Position numbers and translations under genes: made by a program | NCBI GenBank assembly: GCA_051313645.2 | Contig: JBNRSN020000027.1 | Span: forward strand, 53,320,001-53,384,000 | Direction: 5' to 3' | Length of the DNA: 64,000 bases | DNA from: Centroscyllium fabricii | Taxonomy: Eukaryota | The notes under the pieces: model-generated | Seen by the model: the letters and a program-made list of their open reading frames with translations, nothing else | Database searches by the model: none | What the model was told of the DNA's origin: nothing | In this document: piece by piece, positions 48,759-61,080 of the stretch | Position numbering within the stretch: position 1 is the stretch's first letter | How the letters are laid out: each line of letters begins with the position of its first letter

Positions 48759-49301
48759 AAGATAAGATAAGATTCAATTTATTGTCATTGCAGAGTGAAT
48801 AAACACAATACAACGAAATGCATTCTTGCAAACTCCCAAGAAACGATGCAGATATCAAAATGTCCACCGCTCTAAGTCCCAGTCTGTTCCATTCCATGTC
48901 GGCCCTGGTGCTCCGACCACGCAGGCTCCGGCGCTCCGAACTCACCGACCTCCGGTGCAATGACCGGTGACCACGCAGGCTCCGGCACTCCGACTCTGCA
49001 GGCCCCGGCGATCCGAACCCGCCGACCTCCGGCGCTCCAAGCATGCCGACCTCGGTGACCACGCAGGCTCCGGCTCCAAACACAGCACCTCAAGGCCCCG
49101 GCGCTCCAACCGTGTCGGCCTCGGTGCGTCCCCAATGCTCCGATCGCAGACATCCCGGTGCTCCAACAACTCCGCTGTGCTGACCCCGGCACCACCACGC
49201 CGAACCCGCCGTCCCCTCCAAGCGAACAGACCCAGAACTACCAGCGGACAGCATCACCTCGGGAGATGCAAAGCCGCTGCGTCTATGCACGCTGCCATCT
49301 T
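48759..49301 (-). mobile_element. Non-coding GC-rich retroposon with Rex1-like tail
   Basis: Minus strand starts AAGATGGCAGCG, ends TGACAATAAATTGA(ATCTT)n; homologous to 17215-17736. Confidence 0.75.
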
Positions 49302-49635
49302 CCCAATGATGGGTGAAACTAGAACTAGGGGGCATAAACTTAGAATAAGGGGCTGCTCTTTCAAAATTGAGATGAGGAGAAACTACTTCACTCAGAGGGT
49401 AGTCGGTCCATGGAACATGCTGCCCCAAAAAGCTGTAGAAGCTTCTTCATTACATAAATTTAAAACACAAATAGACAGTTTCCTAATAGTAAAAGGGATT
49501 AAAGGTTATGGGGAGCTGGCAGGAACTTGGACATGAGTCTAGGTTCAGATGTCCCTGTGGGTAGTGGAGCGGGCCTGATCCTGCTCCTATTTCCTGTGTC
49601 GAATTTTGTTAGATGCAGGAGATGCTTCTGTGATA

Positions 49636-50105
49636 CAGGTTGTGCACCGAAAATCCGTGTCCCGAATAGCCGGCAGCTTCAGTCTGCCGGCACAAATTGC
49701 CCAGACTGCACTGCGCATGCGCAAGATGGCCGCCGCCATCGTGGCTTCGGCGAATGATCTGCGCATGCGTCGCCGGACGGTTAGCGCATGCGCAGATAAT
49801 TCAATACGGCCGCCGGTTATTTTCCCGACAGCTGAGCCCCGTGACTGAGGCGGACAGTCACTAGGCAACAGCTGTCAGCCTGAGTCCGGCTCGGCGGCAG
49901 CAGCAACCCGAAAGGCGATGGAGAGGGAACGCGGACCCGTGCCCGATCTGTGCATGCGCGCGCCAGCCAACCCCAATGCTGTGCGCATGCGCGTGGCCAT
50001 TTTGAATGGTGCGCATGCGCAGTGTCCAACCTCGTTCTCCCGGTTTTTTCTGTTTCCCGGCACGGGCCTGGTCCTGCCCGTGGCGGATTAATGGTGCACA
50101 ACCTG
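49636..50105. mobile_element. Tc1/mariner (Tigger-like) MITE
   Basis: TA-CAGGTTGTGCACC...GGTGCACAACCTG-TA. Confidence 0.85.
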
Positions 50106-50282
50106 TAGTAGGTTGGTTGTTCGGGTCAGATCAGCCATGATCTTATTGAATGGCGGGGCGGGCTCGAAGGGCCGATTGGCCTACTCCTGCTCCTATTTCT
50201 TATGTTCTTATGTTCTTAGTCCATCTGCTCAAGACCAAAGTTCAAATATATACTGTGCTGTACTCACGAAGGTAGATTTTAT

Positions 50283-51048
50283 GGGAGGAAAAATTGGGCT
50301 GCGCCCCATTTGGGGCGCTAACCTCAGAAACTGGCGCCCCGAAAAAGTTAGCGCCGTTGTGCCTAAAATTGAGTTTTAGCGCCCCAAGTAGGAGGTGGGG
50401 CGCTACTGCAGGTGCCCTACCTCGTTCCTTGGGCGCAACAGCTGAAGTTCAGGCCACTGTCTGTCACTGTGCCACACTCTGCAGCACGCCGCGCCACGGT
50501 ACTACAGGCCTCCCTCCCCTTCTTAAAGGGGAGTGGCCTAGCGTGGCGCAGCCCGGAGCCCCGCTGGACCGCCGGGGATCGGAGTGCCGTCAAAGGAGCC
50601 CGGCACTCGAGGGAAGTGCTGGGCTCACGGAGCACAGCCAGCACTCCGCGGGGGTGGTGGCGGGGGGGCGCATCAGGGAAGGCCGGGGACAGCAGAGGGG
50701 GCAGGTGCTGGCAGGCGGCCAGCAAGAAAAATGGCCGCCCACCAACCCCCCCCACCTTTAAATAACGCTGGCCCGGCTGCAACTGCGCCCCCCCTGACCC
50801 TGTCGGTGACAGCGTCCGGCGCTAAGTCAGGGGGCGCGAGTGAAGTTTGAGGCCGGGGCGTGAGTGAGGTGCTGCGCACGGTGATGACATCATCACCGGC
50901 AGCGCAGCACCACGGGGCGCTACCGGCTGCCGTCAGTGCCCAGCTGAATATCACGGGAGGCGCTTGCCCAGGCGCTGGGTGCCTTGCACCCCATTAGCAG
51001 TCCTCTTAGGGCGCCAACGGCTGCCGCAAGCCACCCAATATTTCCCCC
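50283..51048 (+). mobile_element. PIF/Harbinger-like MITE (family C)
   Basis: Collinear with 45091-45813; flanks TAT/CAT. Confidence 0.8.
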
Positions 51049-51573
51049 CATGAATTCGACTCCGGGAAATAACACTGGGTAATCGGTAAAATTACGGGAC
51101 AGAAAATTCTGTGAGGCCCGCTGACCTCAGCACCTGAACTTCTGATATGTGCTCCCGGCTGTGGAGCGCCATCCCGAGACCACTAGTTTGTAAAATCTAC
51201 TGTTATCACTTATACAAAAAGGTGTATAAGAAGGTATGGTGGTGCAATGGTTATGTTACTGGACTACTGATGTTAAGAAGGCGAGTTCAAATCTCACCAT
51301 GGCAGCTTGAGAATTTAAATTCAGGTTTTTAAATGTTATTATCGAACCGTCTTGGTCCACGTGACAGCTTCACAGTGGACAGCGGTGTTACCAACGGATT
51401 CATTAAGGAGCACCACAGCTTCTGTTTCAATGTCAGATTTTCAGCATTTGCAATTCTTTTCTCTCCCGCAGTGTAGCCTCGAATACACCAGACTGCAAAA
51501 TGACACGGCAACTGATGTATTTACGTAAGAAGTCACACAGCACCAGGTTATAGTCCAACAGCTTTATTTGAAA

Positions 51574-51610
51574 TCACAAGCTTTCGGAGCGCTGCCCCTT
51601 CGTCAGGTGA
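51574..51610 (-). ncRNA. Putative minimal type I hammerhead ribozyme
   Basis: UCAC-CUGACGA-A-GGGGC(AGC)GCUCC-GAAA-GCUU-GUGA. Confidence 0.6.
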
Positions 51611-51730
51611 AGTGAAGAGATGCATATAGGCACAGCATATATAGTCAGAAATTGCTGTGATTCTCTGCTGGGGTGTGATAAAGGGCAGTTGGAAAAGATT
51701 ATATGCTGTGCCTATGTGCATCTCTTCACT

Positions 51731-51767
51731 TCACCTGATGAAGGAGCAGCGCTCCGAAAGCTTGTGA
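51731..51767 (+). ncRNA. Putative minimal type I hammerhead ribozyme
   Basis: UCAC-CUGAUGA-A-GGAGC(AGC)GCUCC-GAAA-GCUU-GUGA. Confidence 0.65.
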
Positions 51768-52414
51768 TTTCAAATAAAGCTGTTGGACTGCAAGCTGGTG
51801 TTGTGTGACTTCATAAATTTGTCCACCCCAGTCCAACACCGGCATCTCCGCATCATGTACTTACCAGCAGAGATCTATAACGAAATGAGAACGAAAGTGC
51901 ACCTCCACGGATGGCAGTGACCCGTACCTTGATCTGCATTCATCTTACGTCTGCACAATCAATACCATTTCGCTTCTTCAACTGTTTAAATCAAACGGAG
52001 ATGGGATTTGTCTCCGCGGCTGGCTCAGGATGCGGAGGTGCTGTGATATTCAAACAGCCGAAGCTGAAAGGCCTCGGGTTTGATTGCTGATCTGTGCTGA
52101 TTGTAGCTAGAGTGGCAGTAAAGGGCCCCGATGCATGGGACGGCTGAGGTTTTGTAATATGAATCATCTCACACTAGATTAGGGTCTCCCACATGGCAGC
52201 TGTTTCTCATTCTGCCAGCGCATTTCACACTTTACACTGCATCCATTTAATAAACATCTAGAGCGGTCTTTTGTCTCTTTGCTTGTCCTATCACCATCTC
52301 GTCTCGTCTTGAATACCTCTTAATGTCTCTGCACTTCTCTTTTGTTCTGTCATCCCCATGTCCCAGCCCTCAAACTGGCCTTTTAATCTGTTTCATTTCC
52401 TGTGTTTTCTCCTG

Positions 52415-52448
52415 GTCCTGACGAAGGGTTTCGACCTGAAACGTTGAC
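52415..52448 (+). ncRNA. Putative minimal hammerhead ribozyme of hairpin family 2
   Basis: GUC-CUGACGA-A-GGGU(UUCG)ACCU-GAAA-CGUU-GAC; palindromic stem III ACGU. Confidence 0.55.
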
Positions 52449-53730
52449 TCTATTTCTCTCTCCACGGATGTTGCCTGGCCTGCTGAGTTTTTCCAGCATT
52501 TTCTGCTGTTATTTAGGGTCACCAACTCTGGATGAACGTATTCCTGGAGGTTTCATCGCATGACCTCCTGTCTCCAAGTGCCCTGCCTCCACCATTGGTC
52601 ACCCAACACGCCCATCCTCACAACGCACTGCCTTCCCATACCAATTGGAAAGCGAAAAGGCTCTTCGTTACCCAATTGGATGATTCTACACTGTCAGTCA
52701 AACAGCCCTTTTTCTCCATCGCTGATATTTTTATGGTTGTGTCTATTTGCAACACCAGATTTTTGATTGGTTCCCTTGGAGGATAAGACATGCCCAGCAG
52801 TTTTTCTGGAATGTGTAATTAGATTGTGCCTGCCTAAGTAATCAAGTACTTTGAATTGTGTAATTCGAGCCATTCATTCTGGCTGCCAGGCTCCAGACAG
52901 AGCTCACAGAGATCAGACAGGGCTTACCCTCACGGCTTAGGACATTCTCCCCAACCCCCACCCCCACTGCAAACAAGTTCCTGCCTCCTCCCGCAAGTTG
53001 CTAACATTCTCCCCACTCCCTGAGTTTATAACCTTTTCCTTCCCCAACAAATTCCTGACCTATCCTCCCACCCCCCCCCTCCCCCCCGCTGCCCCCAAGT
53101 TCCTGACCTTCCCTACTGGCCCCCTGATTACTGTCCTTCTCCCCCAGGGTTCCTGACCTTCCCTCACCATAGATGGGGCATTTTATGTGGGTCACGGACT
53201 GTTAACAGGTTTATTGGATATGAAGTCATGACTTCCGGATTTTGTCCAGTCCAATGATGTCACTTGCCACAAACGCATTGAGCTTTCCAAGAAATCAACC
53301 AGGTGTAGGGGGAGGAGAGGGAGTACGTGGTGCGGGTGTAAACGGGGTAGGGGTGGGGTTGGAAGAACGCGATCTGTCTTCCCATCTGGATCACGTTGTC
53401 ACTCTCATCCCCCCACCTTTACCTGGATCACGTTCTTCCCCCATCCCCACTGTGCTCTCCGTGCTATTTACGCAGCCCCCCCCCCTCTGAGTTCCTGACC
53501 TTCTCCTTTCTCCCCCTCCAATTCTCCCTCTCCCCCCTCCGATCCTCTCTCTCTCCCTCTGATCCTCCCTCTCCCCATTCCGATCCTCTCTCTCTCTCCA
53601 ATCCTCACTCTTCCCCTGCCACCAATGGATCCCCAGACCGGTCTTCTCTGCACAGAGCTGAGGAAAGCGTGGCCCACAGTGCAGGTCGCACCATTGGGTA
53701 CTGCAAATGCGCGGCTCCAGTATACCGCGC

Positions 53731-55748
53731 TGTGGTAAACCACTGTATTGTATATATTGTATTATACTTCACTATACCTGTTTGCATGTAACCTGCCTGG
53801 GCTTGCCTCTGCTGACTCCACCTGTGGCTCCTCCCCCGGACCCAGGTATAAGGCTGGCCGTCTCCCAACCCCCCTTCAGTCCTAGACCAGTCGATCAGCA
53901 GAGGCATGATCCTGTTCTTTAGCTAATAAAAGCCTATCGTTTATTCACATAACTTCTAGTCTTTTGAGGTTATTGATAGTGCATCAATTTTATTAACTAA
54001 TTTTTTTACCATGGAGCAAATCTTGAAACCTGCAACGCTTCAGCTGGATCCTCAATCGCCAGATGCTGCTAACACTTTTGAGCACTGGCTGAACTGCTTC
54101 GAAGCGTTCCTTCATGCCTCCAGCGTGACCGTCCGAACCGACGCCGACAAGCTGCTGGTCCTCAACTCCCGGGTGGGCCCTCGAGTGTACTTGCGAATCA
54201 GAGACGCTACGCCGTACAACGAAGCGATGCTTCCGATTTCGCCGTGGCCGCCACCCTTAACCAGGCAGGCGGTCCCGTGGCCTTCTTCTCACTCACCCTC
54301 CAGGGCCCCGAAATTTGACACTCCTCTGTCGAGAAGGAGGCCCAGGCCATTGTGGAAGCCGTACGGCAGTGGGGGCATTACCTGGCTAGTAGACGATTTA
54401 CCCTGCTGACTGACCAACGTTCAGTTGCCTTTATGTTCAATAATAAGCAGTGGGGCAAAATCAAAAATGGCAAGATATTGAGGTGGAGAATCAAACTCTC
54501 CACCTATAATTACGATATCTTGTACCGACCCGGGAAGCTCAATATCACCCAGATATCACGCGGTACATGTGCCAGCACACAAGTAGACCGACTGCAGGCC
54601 TTCCACACGGGGGTCACCAGGTTCTTCCACTTTGTCAAGGCCCGCAACCTACCCTACTCCATCGAGGAGGTCAGGACCATGACCAGGAACTGCCAGGTCT
54701 GCGCGGAGTGCAAACCACACTTCTATCGGCCAGACAGAGCACACCTGATGAAGGCCACCCACCCTTTCGAGCGCCTCAGCGTCGACTTCAAAGGGCCCCT
54801 CCCCTCCTCTGACCGCAACGTGTACTTCCTCAATGTCATTGATGAGTACTCACATTTCCCTTTTGCCATCCCCTGTCCGGACATGACCTCCGCCACGGTC
54901 ATTAATGTGCTCCACTCAATCCGATCGCTCCTTTGTACGGCCACCAACGCTACCCCTCACGAAAAACTGTTATTCTTCCCCAGGAAGTCCGCCTCAGGGG
55001 CCTCGCTGCCGTCATGGCTGACATCCCCGGGACCCGTCCTGCTCCGGAAGCATGTGAGGGGCCATAAGTCGGACCCCCTGGTCGAAAGGGTCCACCTCCT
55101 CCATGACAACCCTCAGTACGCCTACGTGGCGTTTCCTTACGGGCGGGAGGACACGGTCTCCATCAGAGATCTGGCACCCTCAGGAGCCCCCGAGACCAAC
55201 ACAGCCCACCACCCCGCACCTTCACCCCCCCACCGCTACCCACGATGCACCAGTACCACAGTATGTTGCCCCAGCCCCTGTGGACAGCACGTGGCCATGC
55301 ACCCGCCAACTCGACGCGGCTGAGGACGACACTCCGGACCGCTCCAGACCGCCCAGGATTCAACACCAGAACCTGCACCACGACCAGCTTTACGACGGTC
55401 GCAGCGGTGGACCAGACCCTCCGAAAGACTCAATTTATAGTGACTGTTAATCTGCTTCACCCCGCCGGACTCTTTTTTAAACAGGGGGTGAATGTGGTAA
55501 ACCACTGTATTGTATATATTGTATTATAGTTCACTATACCTGTCTGCATGTAACCTGCCTGGGCATGCCTCTGCTGACTCCACCTGTGGGTCCTCCCCCG
55601 GACCCAGGTATAAGGCTGGCCGTCTCCCGACCCCCGTTCAGTCTTGGACCAGTCGATCAGCAGAGGTATGCTCCTGTTCTTTAGCTAATAAAAGCCTATT
55701 GTTCATTCACATAACTTCTAGTCTTTTGAGGTTATTGATGGTGCATCA
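53731..55748 (+). mobile_element. Internally deleted Gypsy element (gag start fused to late RNaseH and integrase)
   Basis: 256-bp LTRs 53731-53986 and 55493-55748 (~13 differences by eye); TSD CGCGC; gag MEQILKP...HWLNCFE; FTLLTDQRS, CQVCAECK, SVDFKGP; no protease or RT. Confidence 0.92.
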
Positions 55749-56447
55749 CGCGCGCATGTGCAGAAGGCCGCAAAACTGCTTGTGCAAATAATCACAGCGT
55801 ATTTTTATAACCAATAAGCAGACGTGTTCAAGGATTTTTTTTTTTTTAAAGACAATCTTTTTTAATCCCCATTGATTTTTCTCCTGGGTTGCTCACGGCA
55901 GGGTCCTGGATATTAATCTTCAATTCCTGGAGGCTCCCAACCAAACCTGTAGGATTGGCAATGCTACATTAGACACACAGATCCCTTCCTGTATGCAAAG
56001 CTCTCCAGTTCTGTAAGACTTTACATGTGAGTTAAACTTGGTGAAGGTCCCTAACTTGTTTGCAACACAATGATGCACAGCAATCTTCAGCACTCTCTGG
56101 TGCTGCAGCACCATGGAATGGTGCAATATGTAATTTTTTTTTAAAATTATGATCAAGAAACCTGGGTATAAGATCAAGGCTTACATTACAACATAAGATA
56201 AGTCAAGCTTGATCGACAGCCCATCCACCACCTTAAACATCAACTCCCTGCATCAACTGCGGCTGCAGTGCGTACTATCTACAAGATGCACTGCAGCAAC
56301 TCGCCAAGGCTTCTTCGACAGCACCTCCCGAACCCACGACCTCCACCACTTAGAAGGACAAGGGCAGCAGGTGCATGGGAACACCACCACCTCCAAATTC
56401 CCTTCCAGTTCATACACCATCCTGATTTGGACGTATATATCCGTCCC

Positions 56448-56699
56448 TGTGATGAACCTTTTAGTGTGGTTCACACTGCGATTATTGTATATAGTTTGGG
56501 TTAATATATCTGTTAATATCTGTACATTTCTGTAAGGACCTGTACCGGCTGACCCCGCCTCTGGGTACTAGTATAAAGGAGAATGCTCCGCCCACTTATC
56601 TCTCATTCCGGGCGGGCTCATCGGAGACACGGTTCTGTTTCTTGTAAATAAAAGCCTTTTGTTGAGATCAAGCTGCCGTCTTTAATTTGAGGCTTCACA
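56448..56699 (+). mobile_element. Gypsy solo LTR inside a CR1-group fragment
   Basis: TGTGATGAACC...TATAAA...AATAAAAGCC...TCACA; TSD GTCCC. Confidence 0.85.
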
Positions 56700-56837
56700 G
56701 TCCCTTCATCGTCGCTGGGTCAGAATCCTGGAACTCTCTACCTAGCAGCACTAATGAGAGAACCTTCATCACATGGACTGCAGCGATTCAAGAGGAAGGC
56801 CCACCACCACTTTCTCAAGGGCAAATCTTGTTAGGTA

Positions 56838-57003
56838 AGTCCAAAGATGTGCGGGTTAGGTTGAATGGCCAGGATAAATTGACCCTTAGTGTTAGGGGGA
56901 TTAAATATGTGGGGTTACGGGGATAGGGTGGGATATGTGTCGGTGCAGGCTCGATGGGCCGAAATGGCCTCTATCTGCACTGTAGGGATTCTTTGATTCT
57001 ATC
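56838..57003 (+). mobile_element. 5'-truncated HE1 SINE, canonical tail
   Basis: Matches the 3' half of 12411-12729. Confidence 0.8.
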
Positions 57004-57053
57004 AAGGGTACCAAGGGATTATGGAGCCAAGGTGGGTAAATGGAGTTGAGGTA

Positions 57054-57300
57054 GGATGCGCAATTCAATTACGCCAGTCTTTGGTGAAAAGTAATCGAAG
57101 GCTTTTATTAGCTAAGAACTAGACCTGGTCCGCGATGAGTCCGCCCGGAATGAGAGTCAGGTGGGCGGAGCATCCTCCTTTATACTCATACCCGGAGGCG
57201 GGGTCAGCTGGTCCAGGTCCTTACAGAAAGGAACAGATTTATTAGCACAAACTATATACAATTATAACACAGTGTGAACCACACTAAATGGTTCACCACA
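57054..57300 (-). mobile_element. Gypsy solo LTR
   Basis: Minus strand TGTGGTGAACC...TTAGCTAATAAAAGCC...GCATCC; TSD AGGTA (57049-57053, 57301-57305). Confidence 0.85.
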
Positions 57301-57658
57301 AGGTACCGAGCCATGATCTAACTGAATGGCCGGACAGGCTTGAGTACTGAATGGCCTACTTCGGTTCCTATGTTCCTAACTAGGGATGGGCAATAAATGC
57401 TGGCCTTGCTAGCAACACCCATATCCCAAGAATGGATTAACAAAAAGCCACAAAGCTTGGTCTTCTACAGCCTGTTGATTAGAGAAGAAGGAGCGACCGA
57501 GTCCCGAGGTTACGGTAGGAGATGGAGCGATGAGAAGAAAGTCCAGCCATGACCTTTGGACGAATATGAAGAGTGCATTGTTTACAGGGCCACTGCCTTC
57601 TGGAAAACGTGTCACAACCCTTGTTCTTGTCGAGCTCACTGATAAATGATATGATATT

Positions 57659-58745
57659 GGCCAGGAATTTGCGGCAGTGGCGATATTGGCGCCGAACGCC
57701 ACAGGGTTAGACCGCTGGGCTGCCCCATTCCTCCAGTGGCAAATATCACGCCGCACTTCGCTGGGAAAATGATTGGAATTCATCGCAGCCAGCGGATCAG
57801 GAGCGGTGCGGACAACCGACAGTTAAGATTCCGCTTCGAACGTTGATTTCTGCGGGAATTTCAACCTTCAGATTGTAAAACGAAGTGCTCTGTGGGAGTG
57901 TGACGTCAATTATATGTAAACTAATAGCCTAATTAATCTCCATTCCCAGCATATTGTCCGTTATCAAAATAGAGTTGGTTGCAATCTTTCGAAAAGCTGC
58001 ATCTTATCTCCGCGGACTGTGACTGGGGCCAAATCGCTATTAAATCATTAAGGAATTGATGAAAACAAAGGAGGGCCTAATTCTAGTAGATTGCTGCCTC
58101 GAGCCAACATTTATTTATATCCGGCAGCAAATTACTAGACAATATAAACAGGGATAAATACTGAATAAATATTGCTGCAGAACAAACAGTTCTTCTGTGA
58201 CTCTCTCGCTGTGTCACGAGGCTCTGGCTGGGAGCTGTGGATTTTAAGAGTGCTGCACTTCACCCGTGATTGACATTAGAAGCAATGCAGCAAACAATCA
58301 CCCCCAAGTCACAGTCTTTCAAGGATTCTTCCGATTGCAGCATTTAGCAGCAAGTATAAAATAGCATTTGCATTGCAATAAATCTTCAGAAACGTGGGCT
58401 CTGTGGCGATCAATCTGGTCAAGGAAATATAGACGGGAGGCAGCAATTGCATGATGATGCCCAGGAGCGACGTGGCCTCTTTTAAATGCGTTCCTGTTAC
58501 GATTGCTGTACGCTCAGCCCACCAGCGCCATTCTGCAGTGATCGAAGTGGCTGTGGTGATCACAATGGCGTTAATTCAGCAAGCTCGATCTCGCATTGAT
58601 AGTAATGTGGTCGGAGTCATGACAATTAGCTGTTCAACTGTTTCGGTGAGGGAATGAGAAAGCATCAGGAAGTTTTGGCATCGTAATTTCCTGGAAACAG
58701 TAACGGCGCATGCCATAGATGCAGGTTTTCAGCAAATTCCAGCCC
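57659..58745. mobile_element. Possible old PIF/Harbinger-like MITE
   Basis: Imperfect TIR GGCCAGGAATTTGC / GCAAATTCCAGCCC; flanks ATT/AAT. Confidence 0.4.
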
Positions 58746-58778
58746 AATCGATTTTGACCTGGTTTACATAAGAACATA

Positions 58779-60492
58779 TTGCATTGCTGATTATCTTCCA
58801 GCAATCGATGGAATCTGGAACTGTACCCATGGATTGGAGGGTGGCAAATGTTACCCCACTATTCAAGAAGGGTGGTAGGGAGAAAGCAGGAAATTACAGA
58901 CCAGTAAGCCTGACATCGGTAGTGGGAAAGATGCTGGAGTCCATAATAAAGGATGAAATCACTGAGCACTTGAAGAGCAGCGGCAGGATTGGACAAAGTC
59001 AACATGGATTTACAAAAGGTAAATCATGCTTGACTAATCTGCTGGAATTTTTTGAGGATTTAACTGGGAAAATTGATCAGGGAGAACCAGTAGATGTGAT
59101 ATACTTGGACTTTCAGAAGGCATTCGACAAGGTGCCGCACAAGAGACTAGCATTTAAAGTTAAGGCACATGGGATTGGGGGCAAGGTATTGACTTGGATT
59201 GAAAATTGGTTGGCAGACAGAAAGCAGAGAGTGGGAGTAAATGGGTCTTTTTCTGGGTGGCGGGCAGTGACTAGTGGGGTACCACAGGGCTCAGTCCTGG
59301 GACCCCAGCTATTCACAATATACATTAATGATTTAGAAAAGGGAACTAAATGTAATGTCTCCAAGTTTGCAGATGACACAAAGCTGGGAGGGCGTGTGTG
59401 CTGCGAGAAGGATAGCAGGATGCTCCAGGATGATTTGGACAGGTTGGGCGAGTGGGCTGATACATGGCAGATGAAGTATAATGTGGATAAATGCGAGGTT
59501 ATCCACTTTGGGGGAAAAAATAGAAATGCCGACTATTATCTGAATGGCAATAGATTAGGAGAAAGGGAAGTACAACGAGACCTGGGTGTCCTGGTGCACC
59601 GGTCGCTAAGGGTGAGCATGCAGGTGCAGCAGGCGGTTAAGAAGGCAAATGGTATGTTGGCCTTCATAACGAGAGGTTTTGAGTACAGGAATAGGGAGGT
59701 CTTGCTGCAGTTGTACAGGGCCTTGGTGAGACCAAGCCTTGAGTACTGTGTGCAGTTTTGGTGTCCTTATCTAAGGAAGGACGTTCTAGCAATGGAGGGA
59801 GTGCAGAGGAGATTCACCAGGCTGATACCTGGGATGGCAGGATTGACGTATGGGGAGAGACTGGGTAGACTGGGTTTGTACTCTCTGGAGTTTAGAAGAT
59901 TGAGAGGGGATCTCATCGAAACGTATAAAATTCTAACTGGTCTGGACAGACTTGATGCAGGAAGAATGTTCCCGATGGTAGGAGAGTCCAGAACCAGGGG
60001 TCATAGTCTAAGGATAAGGGGTGACTCATTTAGGACGGAGATGAGGAGGAATTTCTTCAGCCAGAGGGTGGTGGGGCTGTGGAATTTGCTGCCCCAGAGA
60101 GCTGTGGAAGCTACTACTTTGAATAATTTTAAAACAGAGATAGACCGTTTCCTGGAAGAAAAGGGAATTAGGGGTTATGGTGAGCGGGCAGGCAAGTGGA
60201 CGTGAGGATAGGTTCAGATCGGCCATGTGATCTCCTGGACCAGTTTTCGATCGCCTAGATGGGTCGGAGAGGAATTTCCCAGATTTTTTCTCCCAAATTG
60301 GCTACTGGTTTTTTTTATCTGGTTTTTCGCCTCTCCCGGGTGATCACATGTGTTTGGGCGGGGTGGAGAGTTAAAATAAAATTGAGGTTGGGATCAGATC
60401 AGCCATGATCTTATTGAATGGCGGAGCAGGCTCGAGGGGCCGATTGGCCTACTCCTGCTCCTATTTCTTATGTTATGTTCTTATGTTCTTAT
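58779..60492 (+). mobile_element. 5'-truncated young CR1 with an uninterrupted RT-domain ORF (58784-60205, 473 aa)
   Basis: NYRPVSLTS, QHGF, DFQKAFD, GVPQGSVLGP, FADD motifs without stops; 3'UTR and (TTATGTTC)n tail. Confidence 0.95.
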
Positions 60493-60493
60493 A

Positions 60494-61080
60494 TGAAATA
60501 GGAGCAGGAGTAGGCCAATCGGCCCCTCGAGCCTGCCCCGCCATTCAATAAGATCATGGCTGATCTAATCCTAACCTGCAATCTACTTTCACTCTCCATC
60601 CCGCCCAAACCCATGTGATCTCCCGGGAGAGGTGAAAACTCAGTGACCAATTTGGGAGAAAAAATCTGGGAAATTCCTCTCCAACCCATCTAGGCGATTG
60701 AAACTCGTCCAGGAGATCACGCTGGCCCTGAATTTCCTGCAGAACCCTTCTGTAAGAGGTGACCAGGCCACACGGCCCCCGGCCCCGCTCTGCCACCCAC
60801 AAGACCATGGCCGATCCGAACCTAGACTCACGTCCACTTACCTGCCCGCTCACCGTAACCCCTAATTCCCTTTACTTCTAGGAAACTGTCTATCTCTGTT
60901 TTTAATTTATTTAATGTTGTAGCTTCCACAGCTCTCTGGGGCAGCAAATTCCACAGACCTACCACCCTCTGTATGAAGAAGTTTCTCCTCATCTCAGTTT
61001 TGAAAGAGCAGCCCCTTATTCTAAGGTTATGTCCCCTAGTTCTAGTTTCACCCACCATTGGGAACATCCTCACCGCATCT
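60494..61080 (-). mobile_element. CR1 3' fragment, tail-to-tail with the preceding copy
   Basis: DAVRMFPMVGETRTRGH...GKWT; the rest of its tail (ACATAAGAACATA) lies at 58766-58778. Confidence 0.9.

Larger units (their letters stand above)
48445..50216 (+). mobile_element. CR1 3' fragment with nested retroposon and MITE
   Basis: MLAFIVRGIEYK...DRVNAGK (48445-48758); resumes FPMMGETRTRGH (49300-49545); tail 50108-50216. Confidence 0.85.
51525..51854 (+). mobile_element. Hairpin retroelement family 1 with two hammerhead cores
   Basis: Inverted arms ~51525-51642 / ~51700-51816; tail to 51854; 10-bp TSD ATGTATTTAC / ATGTACTTAC. Confidence 0.8.

Noticed and set aside
52515-55967. hAT-like element enclosing the Gypsy copy (TAGGGTCACCAA / TTGGCAATGCTA)
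   Set aside because: Termini are only loosely complementary and no 8-bp TSD is visible
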